DNA from: an uncultured bacterium | GTDB lineage: Bacteria; Lernaellota; Lernaellaia; Lernaellales; Lernaellaceae | Direction of reading: 5' to 3' | Assembly: GCA_964534375.1 (NCBI GenBank) | Contig: CAZHPN010000159.1 | Span: forward strand, 1 to 14,138 | DNA: 14,138 nucleotides | Shown: piece by piece, positions 1 through 8,600 of the stretch | Layout: each line of letters starts with the position of its first letter | Position numbering within the stretch: position 1 is the stretch's first letter | The notes under the pieces: model-generated | What the model saw: only the letters and a program-made list of their open reading frames with translations | Told to the model about the DNA's origin: nothing | Databases searched by the model: none | Position numbers and translations under genes: made by a program

Positions 1-74
<74 letters not shown>

Positions 75-84
75 AAGCAAACCG

Positions 85-93
85 AAGCTAGCA
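85..93 (-). promoter_or_regulatory. Possible extended -10 promoter (TGC-TAGCTT) for the tRNA gene
   Basis: The - strand reads TGnTAGCTT about 10 nt upstream of the tRNA 5' end; no convincing -35 at canonical spacing. Confidence 0.3.
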
Positions 94-143
94 CGCGCGC
101 TGCAACCGGAAAAGAGGCGGCGAGGAATGCAGAGGCGGCGGGG

Positions 144-178
144 AATCCGAAATCCGAAATCGGCATTCCGCAATTCGT
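144..178. repeat. Degenerate 7-nt tandem repeat, 5 units (AATCCGA-like)
   Basis: AATCCGA AATCCGA AATCGGC ATTCCGC AATTCGT; GGAATGC (124-130) is the reverse complement of GCATTCC (163-169). Confidence 0.75.
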
Positions 179-184
179 CCGTGG

Positions 185-228
185 TTGCTCCGCTGGCCGC
201 AAGGCGCTACTAATATAATTCCAAGGGG
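185..228 (+). promoter_or_regulatory. Probable sigma70-type -10 region and RBS of the giant TPR gene
   Basis: AT-rich patch TACTAATATAATT in GC-rich DNA with perfect TATAAT at 214-219; TTGCTC at 185-190 (17 nt before TACTAA); AAGGGG at 223-228 before ATG 235. Confidence 0.45.
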
Positions 229-234
229 CGGTGC

Positions 235-3200
235 ATGACGACTGACAACGACGCACGGCGAGCGCTGGACGCCGCCTTGGCGTCCGGCGAAATCGACGGC
301 GAGACCTACCGCCGGCAGTTGCCGCAAACCTTCGCGGACCCGCAGGCGCCACGGCGCCGCCGCTTGTCGTATGCCGACGCGGCGCCGTTGCTCGCGGGCG
401 GCGAGTTGTCTGGTGCGCGCCTGACCTGGGTGCGGTGGAAGAAAAAATCGTTGCGGGGGGCGCGGCTGGCCGGGGCGGACTTCGCGCACGCGAACCTCTC
501 GCGCGCCGATCTGCAGGACGCGGACCTGGCCGGCGCCAATCTGAAAAGCGCCAACCTCCAAGGCGCGAACCTGCGCGGCGCCAATCTCACAGGAGCCGTG
601 CTCGCCGGCGCGAACCTGATGGACGCCGATCTGGCCGACGCCGCGCTGACCCGCGCCGACGCGAAAAGCCTTAGCGGAGCGGGTTCCAACTGGAACAACG
701 CGCGGGCGCCGGGCGTGCGGCTGCGCTACGCCGCGCTGATGGACGCAAAATTCGAGGGCGCCAACCTCGCCGGCGCCGACCTGACCGACGGCGACCTCGA
801 CGACAGCCTTTTCCGCCGCGCCGATCTGACCGGCGCGACACTGGTCGGCGCGAGCTTCGAAAACGCGCGCCTCGAGGATACGGCGCTGCGCGGGGCCGAC
901 GCTTCGCACGCCCTGTTCAATCTTGCCGGCGTCTTCCGGTGCGATTTCGCCGACGCCGATCTGACCGACGCCGACGCCAGCGGCTCACGCTGGGAAGACG
1001 TCAGCCTCAAAGGCGCGAAACTGCGCGGGACCAGCTTCGCCGGCAGCCGGCACGAACGCGTCGATATGTCCGACGCCCAGCTCAGGGGCGCGACGCTCAA
1101 GTCGGTGGCGGGCTACACCGGCGACGAGTTGAAGTCGCTGCGCGACCGCGGCGGCGCGGTCAGCCGCTTCTATGTCCGGCGCGCGGCGACGTTCGTGCGC
1201 GAGCACGTGGCGTTGCAAGGCGCGGTCTTCGCCCTGCTGCTGGCGGCGGTCGGTTTTTGGCTCTGGCGCGCCGCCGATCCGGCGCATTGGGACGCGTCGA
1301 AATTTCTGCGTGCGGCGCAGGAGCGCTGGCTGCGGCTCGATTATGCGGGCGCCGAAAAGCTGTACCGGCAGCAGATAACGCAGTTCGCCGACCACCGCGT
1401 CGATGCCGCGGCGGCCCGCACGGCGCTGGCCAAATTGCTGTTGGAGACCAAGCGGTTCGACGAGGCCGACAAATATTTGCGCGGCGTCATCGCCGAATTC
1501 CCGCCGGCCACACCGCCCGTGTTCGACGCCAAGCTCGCGCTCGCCGATTCCCTGGTCGATCAGGCCCGGTATGACGACGCCGAGGCGGCGCTGCGGCCGT
1601 TGACCGACGATTTTCGCGGCGATCCGCGAATCAGCGACGTCTGGAAGCGGCTCGTCAAATTGGCGCAAATGCGCGGCGAACCGGCGAGGCTGCAGCGCGT
1701 CCTGGAAGACATCGTCAAACGGCAGGCCGAACTGGAAGAGGGGTTGGTGTTCGGTTCGCAGCTCGCCCTGGCCGAACTGGCGCGGTTCCGCGGCGATCTC
1801 GACGGCGCCATCGCGCGCTATCGGGAAATCGCGGTGCAGCCCGGGGGCGAACGCTTCAGCGCGCGCGCTCTCTGTTCGCTCATTCAGATCGACGGCGAAC
1901 GCTTGAACTACGCCGGCGCCGAGACCACGCTCGCCGAACTCCAGCAGCGCTTTCCGCACGATCGGGACATCGTTCTCGAGGCCGAAATCTATCTTGCGAG
2001 CGTCCTGCTCGGCGACCCGCCGCGCGCCGCCGAAGGCGTGGCGCAACTGCGCCAGATCGTGCAGGACCGCAACCCGCCGAACCGGCAATTCTGGGCGGCC
2101 CGGACAATGGTCGAATATTACCGCAACAACCACCAGCCCGAGGCGGCCGACGCGATGCTCGCCTACATGCAGAGGCAATTCGGCGCCGAGCGCGACGTTT
2201 TGCCCGACCTGAACGCGATGCTCGCCGAAACGGACATCGCGCACGGCCGGCCGTTGCCGGCGCTGCAGAAAGTGCAGGCCGTCGCCAAATTGCCCACCAC
2301 GCCCCAGCAGCGCCGTGCGCTGACGCTGGCCCGCGCCCACGCCTTCGCCGCCCTCGGCGACCTCGACCACGCCCGCGCCGCCTATCAGGATCTTGCGGCC
2401 ATCGACGACGCCGACGCGCAGATCGAGGCGTGGACCGGCGAGGCCGAAGTCGACGAAGCCGCCGGCCGCCGCCCCGAGGCGATCGCGCTGCTGGAGACCG
2501 CGGTCCAGCGCGACATCCGCCTCGAACGGCAATTCGGCACGTGGGCGCGGCTGGCCCAATTGCGCGGCAAGAACGGCGACGTGGAGGGCGAGGGCGAAGA
2601 ACTGCGGAGCATGGTCGACCGCTTCGCCGAGTGGCCGCTATTTCAGGCGAACGCGCTGATGGCGCTGGCCGACTGTTATCTGCGGCAGCAGAAGCCCGAC
2701 GAGGCGCTGGCCGCCTACCGCCGGGTCGCCGCGCTCGACGAATCGAACAAGCCCCTGGAAGCGTTGCGGGCGATGCAGCAGATTTACCTTGCCCGCGACG
2801 ACGGCGAGAACGCCGCCCGCGTGCTCCAGGAAATCACGGTGCGCTTCCCGGATCGGGCGCGCGAGCAGTTGGCCGCGCGGCTCGAGAACGCCGAGTTGCG
2901 CGCGCGCCAGGGCGATGCGGGCGCGGTCGCCGAGTTCGCGGCCGTCGCCGCCGCCGGCCAGCCCGGACCGCGGCTGGGCGCATTGCAGGCGCTGCTGCGC
3001 TGGCACACGGACCACGGCGAGGCGGCGGACGCCGCGCAGACCTACGCGACGATCGTTGCCGAAGGCGCCGCCAATCTCGAAGCGGTCAATGCGGCGACTT
3101 TCGTTTATGCGCGCCTCGCTTGCCAGAACACGGATCGCCAGACCGTGGTGACGCTGCTCGAACGGCTCGTGCAGGCAAACGCCGGGAAGCCGGCGGCGCG

Positions 3201-5520
3201 GCAGGCCCTCGAGAACCTGGCCCAGTGCTGGATTATCCGCGGCGAGTTCGGCAAGGCGCACGCGTTGCTGGAACGCGCCCTGGCAGATGCCTCGTCGCCG
3301 ATCGAACCGGCCGACAAAGCGCGTCTGGAAAAAGTGTCGTCGGACACCGCGTTCGGCGAGGCGGACGAATTACGGCAGAACGGCGCGCCGACGCGGGCGG
3401 TGGCCATGTATCAAGAGTTGATCCGCCGCGCGCGCGATCCGCAAACCCGCGCCGCGGGAGAGTTGGAGTTGGCGCGCACCGACATGGGCCTGAAGGATTT
3501 CGACGGCGCGCGGCAGGCGCTGCAAGATATTCCGCAGATCAAAGGCGTGCCGCCGGCGCTGGAAACGGACGCGCGGCTGCTGCTGGCGGAAACCGAGATC
3601 GAGCAGGGGCGGCTCGACGAAGCCGAGAGATTGTACGGCAACATGACCCAGGCGGGCCGCGATGACTGGCGGCTGCGCGCCGGCGGGGAAATGGGTCTGG
3701 GCGAAGTCGCGCTGCGGCGGTCGCGCTTTGTCGTCGCCCATCAGCATTACGAGCGCGCGCGCAAGCTGAGCAAGGACGCGGCGAGCGAGGTCAAGGCGCT
3801 GACCGCCATCGCGCGCTTGTACGCGTCGCAACGCCAATTCGACGAGGCGGCAAAAACATACGATGAGATCGTCGCGCGCCACGGCGACGACCCGACGATG
3901 CGGATGGAGGCCGAACTGAACCTGGCGCGCTTGCTCGCCACGCGCGGCCGGCTCGACGAGGCGCTGGCCGCCTATCTGAAATTCGCCGAGCAATACGGCG
4001 CGGCGCGCCCCGCCTACGAGGCGTTGAACGCCGCGGCGCACCTGTACGGCGAACGCGGCGACTTGCCGCAGGCGCTGGCGACGCTGCAGGAAATCGACCG
4101 TCGGTTCCCGGAAGCGGTCGGCCGCGCGGCCGAAACGCGGCTCGATTACGCGGCCATTCTCCGGACGAACGGCAAACGCGAGGAGGCGCGGCAGGCGCTC
4201 GAGGCCGTCGTCGCGCAATATCCCAATTCGGCCCCTGCCGCGGCGGCGCTGGAACGCCTGGCGCAAAACGACCTGGAGGACGGCGAGTTCGAACACGCCC
4301 GGCTGGCGTATCAGCGGCTGCAAAAGGCCTTCGTCAACGATCCCAAGGAGGCGTTTCGCGCGCGCCTGGGCCTGGGCGAGGTCGCCGCGCGGCAAGGGCA
4401 GCGGCCGGCCGCCATCAAAATTTTCACCGAGTTGGCGCGCGCCGCGACCGACCCGCCGCAAAAAATCCAGGCTGGCGTGGCGCTCGCGCAGGCCCTGCGC
4501 GAAAGCGGCAAGTGGGACGAAGCCGACGCCGAATACGAGCGGCTGCTGCGCGAGTTTCCGGATTCGGTCGAGTTGCGCGGCGTCGCCTTAATGGGGCGCG
4601 CCGCCGTGCGCCGCGCGCTGGGCAAGGCCGAGGAAGCCGTCGAATTCTACAAAATGACTGCCGAGGAGGCCGCCGGCCGCCCGGAGGAATCCGCCGCGTT
4701 GCAGGCCTGGGCCAACATCGAGGTTGACCGCGGCCACATCGACGAGGCGGAGCCGCTCTTCGCGCGGCTGCTGAAGATCACGCCGGCCAATGCCGCCGCC
4801 GTCGCCGAAATGCGCTTGCGCGCCGCCGAACGGCGCGTCAACGACGAGCTGTACGCCACAGCGCAGGAACTGCTCGACAAGGCCGAACCCGATTTGCCCA
4901 AGGACCGGCTGGCCGCCGTGCGGCGGCTGCAGGCCCGGATCGCCGCCGGCGAGAAAAATTTCGGCAAAGCCCGGCAAATCTTCGAGAACATGAAGCGCGA
5001 TTTTGCCGCGGACGACGCGGCGGTCGGCGCCGCCGCGCTGGGCCTGGCGGACCTGGCCTTTCGCGAGGGGAACCCGGCCGAAGCGCTGCAACAATACGAA
5101 GCCATCGCCGACCACTACGGCAAGGCCCGGACGGCCGGCCTGGCGTTGCTGGCGAAGGCGGAAATATTCGAACGATTGGCGCGGCCGGACGAGCAAGAGG
5201 CGGCGCTGCGCCGCGTCCTCACGCAGGTGACGCCGGACCGCGACTTGACCGTACGCGCGCGGCTGGGCCTCGCCGACCTCGCCCGCGAGCGCCGCAATTT
5301 TCCGGCGGCGTTGACCGACTATTTGGCCATCATCGAGGATTTCCCAGAAAACGATCTGGCAATCTGGGCGAAAAACGGCGCGGCGCACGTCTACTACGAA
5401 ACGAAACAGGACAAAGACGCCGAGACGATGCTTAAGCAGCTCATCGCGCAGTATCCGTCGGATCACGAGGCCGTCGTCGACGCGAAGAAATTTCTGGATC
5501 AGCTTTATACGCGAAAGTGA
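235..5520 (+). CDS. Pentapeptide-repeat / transmembrane / tetratricopeptide-repeat protein (1761 aa)
   Basis: Long ORF with GC3-biased codons and an RBS. A(D/N)LxG-type pentapeptides at aa ~53-291, hydrophobic helix VALQGAVFALLLAAVGFWLW (nt 1207-1266), then recurrent TPR-like helix pairs with YPNS/FPDS/FPEN/YPSD turns as in BamD/CpoB-type TPRs. Confidence 0.92.
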   Translation: MTTDNDARRALDAALASGEIDGETYRRQLPQTFADPQAPRRRRLSYADAAPLLAGGELSGARLTWVRWKKKSLRGARLAGADFAHANLSRADLQDADLAGANLKSANLQGANLRGANLTGAVLAGANLMDADLADAALTRADAKSLSGAGSNWNNARAPGVRLRYAALMDAKFEGANLAGADLTDGDLDDSLFRRADLTGATLVGASFENARLEDTALRGADASHALFNLAGVFRCDFADADLTDADASGSRWEDVSLKGAKLRGTSFAGSRHERVDMSDAQLRGATLKSVAGYTGDELKSLRDRGGAVSRFYVRRAATFVREHVALQGAVFALLLAAVGFWLWRAADPAHWDASKFLRAAQERWLRLDYAGAEKLYRQQITQFADHRVDAAAARTALAKLLLETKRFDEADKYLRGVIAEFPPATPPVFDAKLALADSLVDQARYDDAEAALRPLTDDFRGDPRISDVWKRLVKLAQMRGEPARLQRVLEDIVKRQAELEEGLVFGSQLALAELARFRGDLDGAIARYREIAVQPGGERFSARALCSLIQIDGERLNYAGAETTLAELQQRFPHDRDIVLEAEIYLASVLLGDPPRAAEGVAQLRQIVQDRNPPNRQFWAARTMVEYYRNNHQPEAADAMLAYMQRQFGAERDVLPDLNAMLAETDIAHGRPLPALQKVQAVAKLPTTPQQRRALTLARAHAFAALGDLDHARAAYQDLAAIDDADAQIEAWTGEAEVDEAAGRRPEAIALLETAVQRDIRLERQFGTWARLAQLRGKNGDVEGEGEELRSMVDRFAEWPLFQANALMALADCYLRQQKPDEALAAYRRVAALDESNKPLEALRAMQQIYLARDDGENAARVLQEITVRFPDRAREQLAARLENAELRARQGDAGAVAEFAAVAAAGQPGPRLGALQALLRWHTDHGEAADAAQTYATIVAEGAANLEAVNAATFVYARLACQNTDRQTVVTLLERLVQANAGKPAARQALENLAQCWIIRGEFGKAHALLERALADASSPIEPADKARLEKVSSDTAFGEADELRQNGAPTRAVAMYQELIRRARDPQTRAAGELELARTDMGLKDFDGARQALQDIPQIKGVPPALETDARLLLAETEIEQGRLDEAERLYGNMTQAGRDDWRLRAGGEMGLGEVALRRSRFVVAHQHYERARKLSKDAASEVKALTAIARLYASQRQFDEAAKTYDEIVARHGDDPTMRMEAELNLARLLATRGRLDEALAAYLKFAEQYGAARPAYEALNAAAHLYGERGDLPQALATLQEIDRRFPEAVGRAAETRLDYAAILRTNGKREEARQALEAVVAQYPNSAPAAAALERLAQNDLEDGEFEHARLAYQRLQKAFVNDPKEAFRARLGLGEVAARQGQRPAAIKIFTELARAATDPPQKIQAGVALAQALRESGKWDEADAEYERLLREFPDSVELRGVALMGRAAVRRALGKAEEAVEFYKMTAEEAAGRPEESAALQAWANIEVDRGHIDEAEPLFARLLKITPANAAAVAEMRLRAAERRVNDELYATAQELLDKAEPDLPKDRLAAVRRLQARIAAGEKNFGKARQIFENMKRDFAADDAAVGAAALGLADLAFREGNPAEALQQYEAIADHYGKARTAGLALLAKAEIFERLARPDEQEAALRRVLTQVTPDRDLTVRARLGLADLARERRNFPAALTDYLAIIEDFPENDLAIWAKNGAAHVYYETKQDKDAETMLKQLIAQYPSDHEAVVDAKKFLDQLYTRK
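391..1107 (+). repeat. Coding pentapeptide-repeat region (~15-nt period; predicted right-handed beta-helix)
   Basis: Translation contains LAGADFAHANLSRADLQDADLAGANLKSANLQGANLRGANLTGA, continuing for about 239 aa. Confidence 0.93.
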
Positions 5521-5531
5521 GTTTTGCGCTT

Positions 5532-5645
5532 CCTGGGAATAATGGGAATCCTGGGAAGAATGGGATAATGGGTGGGGCCGAAACTCCCATGATTCCCGGA
5601 TCTCCCAGAACTCCCAGTGATCCCATTATTCCCGCAATTCCCAGG
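5532..5645. repeat. Inverted pair of 9-nt-period arrays (GGG arm, then CCC arm) between convergent genes
   Basis: GGG at 5535, 5544, 5553, 5562, 5570; CCC at 5586, 5595, 5604, 5613, 5622, 5631, 5640. Ends CCTGGGAAT (5532-5540) and ATTCCCAGG (5637-5645) are perfect inverted repeats; GGGAATAATGGGA (5535-5547) is the exact reverse complement of TCCCATTATTCCC (5621-5633). Confidence 0.9.
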
Positions 5646-5650
5646 CCCCG

Positions 5651-5684
5651 CCTCGCGCGGCTGACCGGCGGCGAGGTTTACTTT
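5651..5684 (+). terminator. Possible intrinsic terminator for the + strand TPR gene
   Basis: CCTCGC (5651-5656) / GCGAGG (5671-5676) stem with inner CGG-CTGA-CCG, followed by TTTACTTT, which overlaps the A2M stop codon on the other strand. Confidence 0.4.
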
Positions 5685-8600
5685 ACGGTAAACTCGGCCG
5701 GCGGCGCGATGTCGCTCGTGTCGGGATTGTAATAGTCATACGCCTTCGATTCCGGCGCGACGGCGCGCACCGGGTACAGCGCCTTCAATTTGAACGACAA
5801 CGTCAACGATTGATGCATCGCCAGCTTGTCGATGTAGAACGTGGCCTGACGCGCGGTCGCAGAGAATTTCGCGATCTGCTTGCTTTCGACCAATTTCGCC
5901 AGCGTTTCGGCGACCGGCGCAAAGCCCGGCGGAATGCCCACGTCGATGACGACCATGCCGAAATCGCCAGGCGCATGATTGGCGACCGTCGTCGTGCACA
6001 CGACTTCCTCGGCAACCGCCAGGCGTGTTTTGTCGTAGGCCACATCGATCGTGATCGGCTTTTGCTTTTCCTCGGCGTGACGGTCCCACGGCAAGTAATA
6101 GCGGCCGACCACCTGAAACGCCGGCTCGCCCTTGCCCGCGAACGACAATTCGACATCGTTGTCGCCCTCGCGCACCAGCCCGCTGGCGTCGATTTGCCGC
6201 AGCACGTCGCTGTCGGCGGGCGTAATGCGGAACTCGCCGGCGCGCTGGCCGTTGACGACCACGGTCGCCTGACCGTTGATGTCGCCGGCGCCGGCTTGCG
6301 CGACGCCCAGCAGCACGTGCAGCGCCCAGACGGTCGCCTGCGTCGAATAGTACGTGCCGAACGCGTCTTTGCTGCGGATCAAATAGGTCGCCACGCGATT
6401 GACGACCTGCGGCTCGCGGTTGGCGCGCAGCAGCGCCAGCGCCGCCAGGGCGGTCGTCTCGATGTCCGCGCTCTTGCCGCCCCCGCGCAGCGCGGTTTTC
6501 ACCGGCGACGGCCAATAGGAGATTTCGCCCTCGTCAGTGCGCAGTTGCGCCAGTTGCGCGAACACGGCGTCGAGCGACGCCGGTTTCGCCCCGCCCTCGA
6601 CCAGGGCGTTGGCGACCAGCGCCACGGTGTAGGCGTCTTTGGCTTGGGCGCGATGCCCCTCGAGAAAGGACACGCCCTTCGCGACGGCGCCGCCCTTTTC
6701 GCCGGTGCGGGCCAGCGCCCACGCGACGTAGGCGGTGTTGCGCACCACATCGGTGGTGAAGGCCGCAGCGACGGCGTCGAGAACGCGCGCGCTGGGCTGC
6801 CACGAACCGTCGGGCTGTTGCTTGGCGGCGAGCCAGCGTTGCGTGCGGCGAATGACGTCGGCGTCGACGTTGTAGACCTTGCTCATGTCAGAGAATTCCA
6901 TCAGGCCGTATGCGGTCAGGATGACGTGCGCCGGCGCGCGGCCGAACCATTCGAAGCCGCCGCCCGGCACTTCGAACGTGAGCAGTCGCTGGTATCCCTG
7001 ATTGATGAAGCCTTCCGCCTTCATTTGCAACTCCGGCGTGGCTTGCCGTGTGGCCTTGAGATAAGCGAGCGCCATCACGTTCGGGTAGGTGGTCGAACTG
7101 GTCTGCTCGAAGCAGCCGTAGGGCATGCGAAAAATGTTGTCGAGACCTTCGAGCACCTGGCTCATCAGCCCTGGGTGAATTTTCACGAACAGTTTGTCCG
7201 CGCCGGGAACCGTGCCGCCGGGGAAGTTCACGTTCACGTGTTTTTCGTTTTGCAGGCGGTCGGAAATCTCGGATTCGAACATCTTGCCGTCCGGCTCGAT
7301 CAGCACGGCGCGCTTCACGGCGTCGCTCTGATTGCTGCCTTTCGCGACGACGGTCAGTTCGTGCCGGCCGACGCTGGTCGCCTTCAGCTTCAGCCATTCG
7401 GCTTTCACCTCGTTCGGCGCCAGCGACACCGTGCGCGTCAGGCCGCCCTCGAGCAACTCGAACCAGTCGCCCGCTGCGAATTTCAGCGTCACCGTCTGCG
7501 GTTTCGCCAGGTAGTTGTAAAGCGCGATCGGCACGCTGACGGAGTCGCCGCGGGTCAATGTTGCCGGGAAGTCGATGTCAATGAAAAAATCCTGAAAAAC
7601 GCGCAACGGCGCGGTCCCGCTGCCGAGCCAGCCGTCGCGGCTCACGGCGAGCGCGGCGACGCGCCAGGTCGTGATCGAATCGGCCATGGGCAGTTCGACG
7701 TGGGCGCGGCCGTCGGGGCCGGTGATCAGCGCCGGGTTGACGTACAGCGTTTCCGGAAAATATTCTCGCACGCGCACGGCGGCCTCGCCGCCCGTTTTCT
7801 TTCCGGCCTCGTTTTGTTCCTCGACGGCCGGTTTATCAACGCGCTCTCTCTTCATTCCCATTCCGGCCTGCGCCGCCATGGGCATCGGCGGCGCGATGTC
7901 GGCAAAGGCCGCCATGTCGGGCATCGCGGCGCCCTTCGCCATCACGCGGCGACCGTGGTTCCCGCTGCCTTCGACCTTCGCCAACGCGGTGTCGTCCGTC
8001 ACGGAAATGTCGTCTTCGGTGCCGAACTTGCGGTCCGGACCGGCGCTGTCGAGGCGGTAGACGATGTTCTTCTCGGCATAGACCCGATACGGCGTGGACC
8101 ACGGATCGAGCTCCGCGTCGGTCGGCACATGTTTCTGCGACGAGCTTTTCGCGTATTTCCGGGCAATGCGCCGCAGATCGGCGCGCACCTGTTTTTCCAA
8201 CGCCTTGCGCACCTCGGGGTCCATGTCCGTGGCGATCTTGCGGTCGGTCGGCGGCAGGAGCGCCGGCTTGACCGCGGCGAACATCACCTGTTGGGCGCGG
8301 AGGAGTTCCGGATCGCCGTGCGGCCGCAACACGATAAACGCCGGATCGAAGCTGTGCGCTTCGTAACGCGGCGTCATCAATTCCTTTTCGAGCGTGAAGA
8401 AAATCTTTTCCAGGCCGGGCTGCATGTCTTGCAGCGCGAACACCGCTTCGTCGACGATGGTCACGCCGAGCGCGGCGGCGACCGGATGTCCGCCGGCGTC
8501 CGCGACAGCGAAGTCGATGGCTGCATTTTCGCCGGGCCGGTGCACTTCCTTGTCGGGCCGGATGTCGACGTGCAGGTCGGCGGCCGGATTGATGTAGAGC

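Noticed and set aside
391..1107. Qnr/MfpA quinolone-resistance gene
   Set aside because: Those are stand-alone soluble proteins of about 200 aa; here the repeats are part of a 1761-aa membrane protein, and pentapeptide repeats alone do not imply resistance.
5532..5645. CRISPR array
   Set aside because: Units are 9 nt with no 25-45 nt unique spacers, and there are no cas genes in the window.
5517..5732. 71-aa ORF with collagen-like G-x-x / P-x-x periodicity (and the 61-aa antisense ORF 5441-5626)
   Set aside because: The periodicity follows directly from the 9-nt DNA repeat, the register breaks within the G arm, and the ORF runs into the A2M 3' end. The GTGA overlap with the TPR stop means a peptide cannot be fully excluded without Ribo-seq.
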